A stretch of DNA of 24,734 nucleotides from Ginkgo biloba (taxonomy: Eukaryota > Plantae > Ginkgophyta): contig JANKJI020000002.1 in NCBI GenBank assembly GCA_024626585.2, forward strand, positions 28,605,670 through 28,630,403, in the 5' to 3' direction. Below are positions 21,811-24,734 of this stretch, piece after piece. A model generated the notes under the pieces. That model worked only from the letters and a program-made list of their open reading frames with translations, was not told where the DNA came from and did not search any database. A program made the translations under genes and the position numbers. Position 1 is the first letter of the stretch. Every line of letters begins with the position of its first letter.

Positions 21811-24734
21811 CAAGTGTTATTGACCCCACAACTTTTCAATCGATTAACGTACCCTATCCCAACTTGACTCCTATGTAGGTGTGACTAGGTTGGCACATTA
21901 GTTGCATCATCTTGATGGAGAAGGTAAACCCCATCTTGATATCTTTGGTTCTCTAACTACATTTGCTTCTTGTTGAAGACGAGAGTCTTTCTATCATTTG
22001 TTGATGATTCATACATCCAATTTCTTGGTTGTGGAGGGCCTACCTAGTTGTAGTGTCAAATTTCTACATATAGGTTGTGGGCGTAGTATGCTCAACGACT
22101 TACTTGCATGGAGATGGATTGGGTAGATCATTGTTGTCGGTGTTATGGAAAAAAGGAGGAAATAGATGATCAATCTCCCCTCATGCCTTCTTTGATTTAA
22201 GGAGTTGTGGAAGGTAGCGAAACCCCAAGTAACTTTTGAGAACTAAATGCCTTCATCGACGGATGAGAAAGCTGATTGGCACTTTTCTTGACTATTGAGG
22301 AGGGAGGTACCGAACCAAACGGTGGTGCGATTAGGGATCGATTTCTCTATTCATTTGAAGGGGATCAAAGGACATTTCTTCAATTTTTCATGTACATAAT
22401 TAAAATGTTAAAAGTAAAAGATGCATAAATGTGTAATGAAAAGTTAGGATTCCAATTGAAGGCATAATCAAGGGTGAGGAATTTGTAGGTATTTCCATTT
22501 CATGTAAATCATTTTATGAATCTAGGTATTGGTACTTAGTCAATGATTTGGCCTGGGCTTGCTTGAGTTAATGAAATATATGCCCAAATGAGAGGAAGTT
22601 GTTCTCTGGCTACTAAAGGGGAAATGGGAGGTATATTGCTAAGGGGTTATCAAGGTCCACTTGAGGTCAAACTTAGCTACCTGGTTGAACAATACTTTGG
22701 TTTTCTTTACCATACTTCTTGTTGTGTTCTCTCTTCCCTAAGAAAACCTAGCTCCACACCACGTTTTGCCTATTCATTGTAAGGGCTTATGTGATTCTTG
22801 CACGAAGCGGGAGCTAATGTCTATTCTGTAGTTTCTAGCTTGAAGTGATTCATTAGACGAGTGGCCTCTCCTATTACTGGTAGGGAGAAATTGGGTGAAA
22901 GAACTTGTGTCTAGGTTTCGTGTGCATAACTTACAAACCAAAGATATCAGATGGGTGGGTGCATCACCCATTCTTGAGAACTTCTCCCTATATATGGTGG
23001 TTTATTCGCTGGCTAGTGTGGGACTTGAATGGTCCTTTTCTTGAGGAATTTGAGGGGAAGGAGGCCAACCAGAATTTGGCTATTGACAATTGTATTATCT
23101 ATTGAATGTCAGTGGCAGAGAAAAGCTAGAGAGGTCGAAGTATCAAGGACACATACGAACATAGCTAAGGACAAGATGGGGAGAGCGAAGTGAAAGGGAA
23201 TCTTGAGTCCTTTTCTCAATAATGAATTGCCGAGCAAGCACTTAATTCGGGGAAATTTAACCGATCAAGTGCACCAAGTTGAGTNNNNNNNNNNAATCTA
23301 GAAAATGGTAGGAGGAGAGGAGGTCAAACAATGGGATCCTAGAACAAGAAGGTCAACTTAGAAGAATTAGAGAGTTCATAAAGGAAGCAAAAGCTAGGGT
23401 CAAAGAAAGATGAACCACTGTGGAGGCCTCCTAAGCTCATTGGTTTTAGAATAATTCAATATGTGATGATGCAACCAACAAAGGATTCAACGTAGTTCAA
23501 GCATAGAAGGTCAGGCCAGGCCAACATCTATTCTTAGTTAATCTTTAATACTAGCTACAATGCATCAAATCATGGTTATCCTAGATTTTCTTACCTTTTT
23601 CTTAGTGAAATTAAGAAGATGCAAGTTCATCCACCTATAAACCAACTAGATAGGCTTTCCCAATGCTTGTTTCACAGGGCTTCTTCATTATTCAAATATA
23701 GGGTTGGGAGAGTGGGAATGGACGAAACATGGATGGCTTGTATTAAGTTCCTAGCCTTTCATTTTCCTTCGCCTACTCTAGTTGTGTGGTTTTTGGGTAG
23801 TAATTGCTAGGTCTATTTATCAGTCATCTTAATTGAATGAGATAATATCATCAAATATCAAGATGTTATATCTATCTCATCTTTAGTATGCGGTATGAGG
23901 AAATTGCCTACATATTCTCTCTAATAGAAAACAAGTCTTTTCTAGTAGTTATTTCACGAAATATGTGTCAAGTCTCATCGAGACGCTACTTGANNNNNNN
24001 NNNNNNNNNNNNNNNNNNNNNNNNNNNNNNNNNNNNNNNNNNNNNNNNNNNNNNNNNCAGGTAGATTAATATTTCTTTCTTTCTTTCTTCATATCGAGCT
24101 TATTTCTCCATCCATGGATACCATTATTCTATATTAACTTACATTGAACTGTTAAATTATTAAGTTGACAGTTGTTAGTCAACCTAATAGGTCCCTTATT
24201 CATTACTTATCTATTAAGGGGTTTACTAATTTTGTTAAAGTTTGATTTTGGTTTTGAAGCTGGTTTTGAGTTAATTCTTAGAATAAGTATGACATTTGAT
24301 CAGGCGTGCATAATCTCAATCCTATTCTTCTTGACCGTTGCAAAAGAAAGTACCCATTAATATGAGCAGGAGCATGGCATAAAAAAAGATAAACAATGAC
24401 TAGTTGTTGTGAATTGTAAGCGAGAATGGCTAGGCATTGTTTGATCTCCATTCAATTAGATGGCTTTGATCATTTTGACGGTATCGTGCAATAACTCGTG
24501 GGGAAGGCATGTATGCACCTTACAAACATGCTATTTTGAAATGAAAGAGTTTTCTTCATATTGCTAGAAATTCTTCTAGGATGAAGCTCCACACAAATAA
24601 GGTCTTTCTACGGATGCGTGGAAGGGAAAACTTTCGAGGAAATGCATTTAGTTAAAGGGCAAGGAAGGGTATAAAAAGCAACTAATGGGTACATGATTGG
24701 ACAAAGAAAGCATCGCAGAATGGGTTACGCACAT

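Larger units (their letters stand above)
1177..24057. other. 19 assembly N-gaps dispersed through the window
   Basis: Gaps of exactly 100 N at 1177-1276, 3312-3411, 6741-6840, 10179-10278, 14452-14551, 20227-20326 and 21491-21590, a common unknown-size convention. The other twelve are 10-249 N long. Confidence 0.95.

Noticed and set aside
24326-24343. TTCTTGACCGTTGCAA resembling tasiARF
   Set aside because: Short partial match with an insertion and no flanking miR390 sites.

Overview
AT-rich, CpG-depleted eukaryotic scaffold sequence, most likely intergenic or intronic DNA from a large seed-plant genome. It looks gymnosperm-like, which is an inference from the retroelement motifs. There are 19 N-gaps, seven of them exactly 100 N (size probably unknown), so continuity across gaps is uncertain. 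I find no intact protein-coding gene, rRNA, tRNA or CRISPR array, and nearly all ORFs in the track are spurious or span gaps. The window is mostly nested, decayed LTR-retrotransposon debris. The best-supported elements are: (1) a minus-strand Ty3/Gypsy remnant at about 7851-10178 with domain order protease, tandem Gag-like units, pre-RT linker, integrase C-terminal tail, and with RT, RNase H and the integrase core missing inside a gap-free contig; (2) a solo-LTR-like insertion at 12188-12652 with a perfect GTTAG target-site duplication; (3) an LTR fragment at 578-1176 carrying a dense CCGAC(A) motif cluster; (4) a pseudogenised retrotransposon extra-ORF at 13797-14451. An unexplained block at about 4250-6320 has splice-like signals, a multi-branch fold and a weak miR390-like site. 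All family assignments come from manual translation and recalled motifs; no database search was run.
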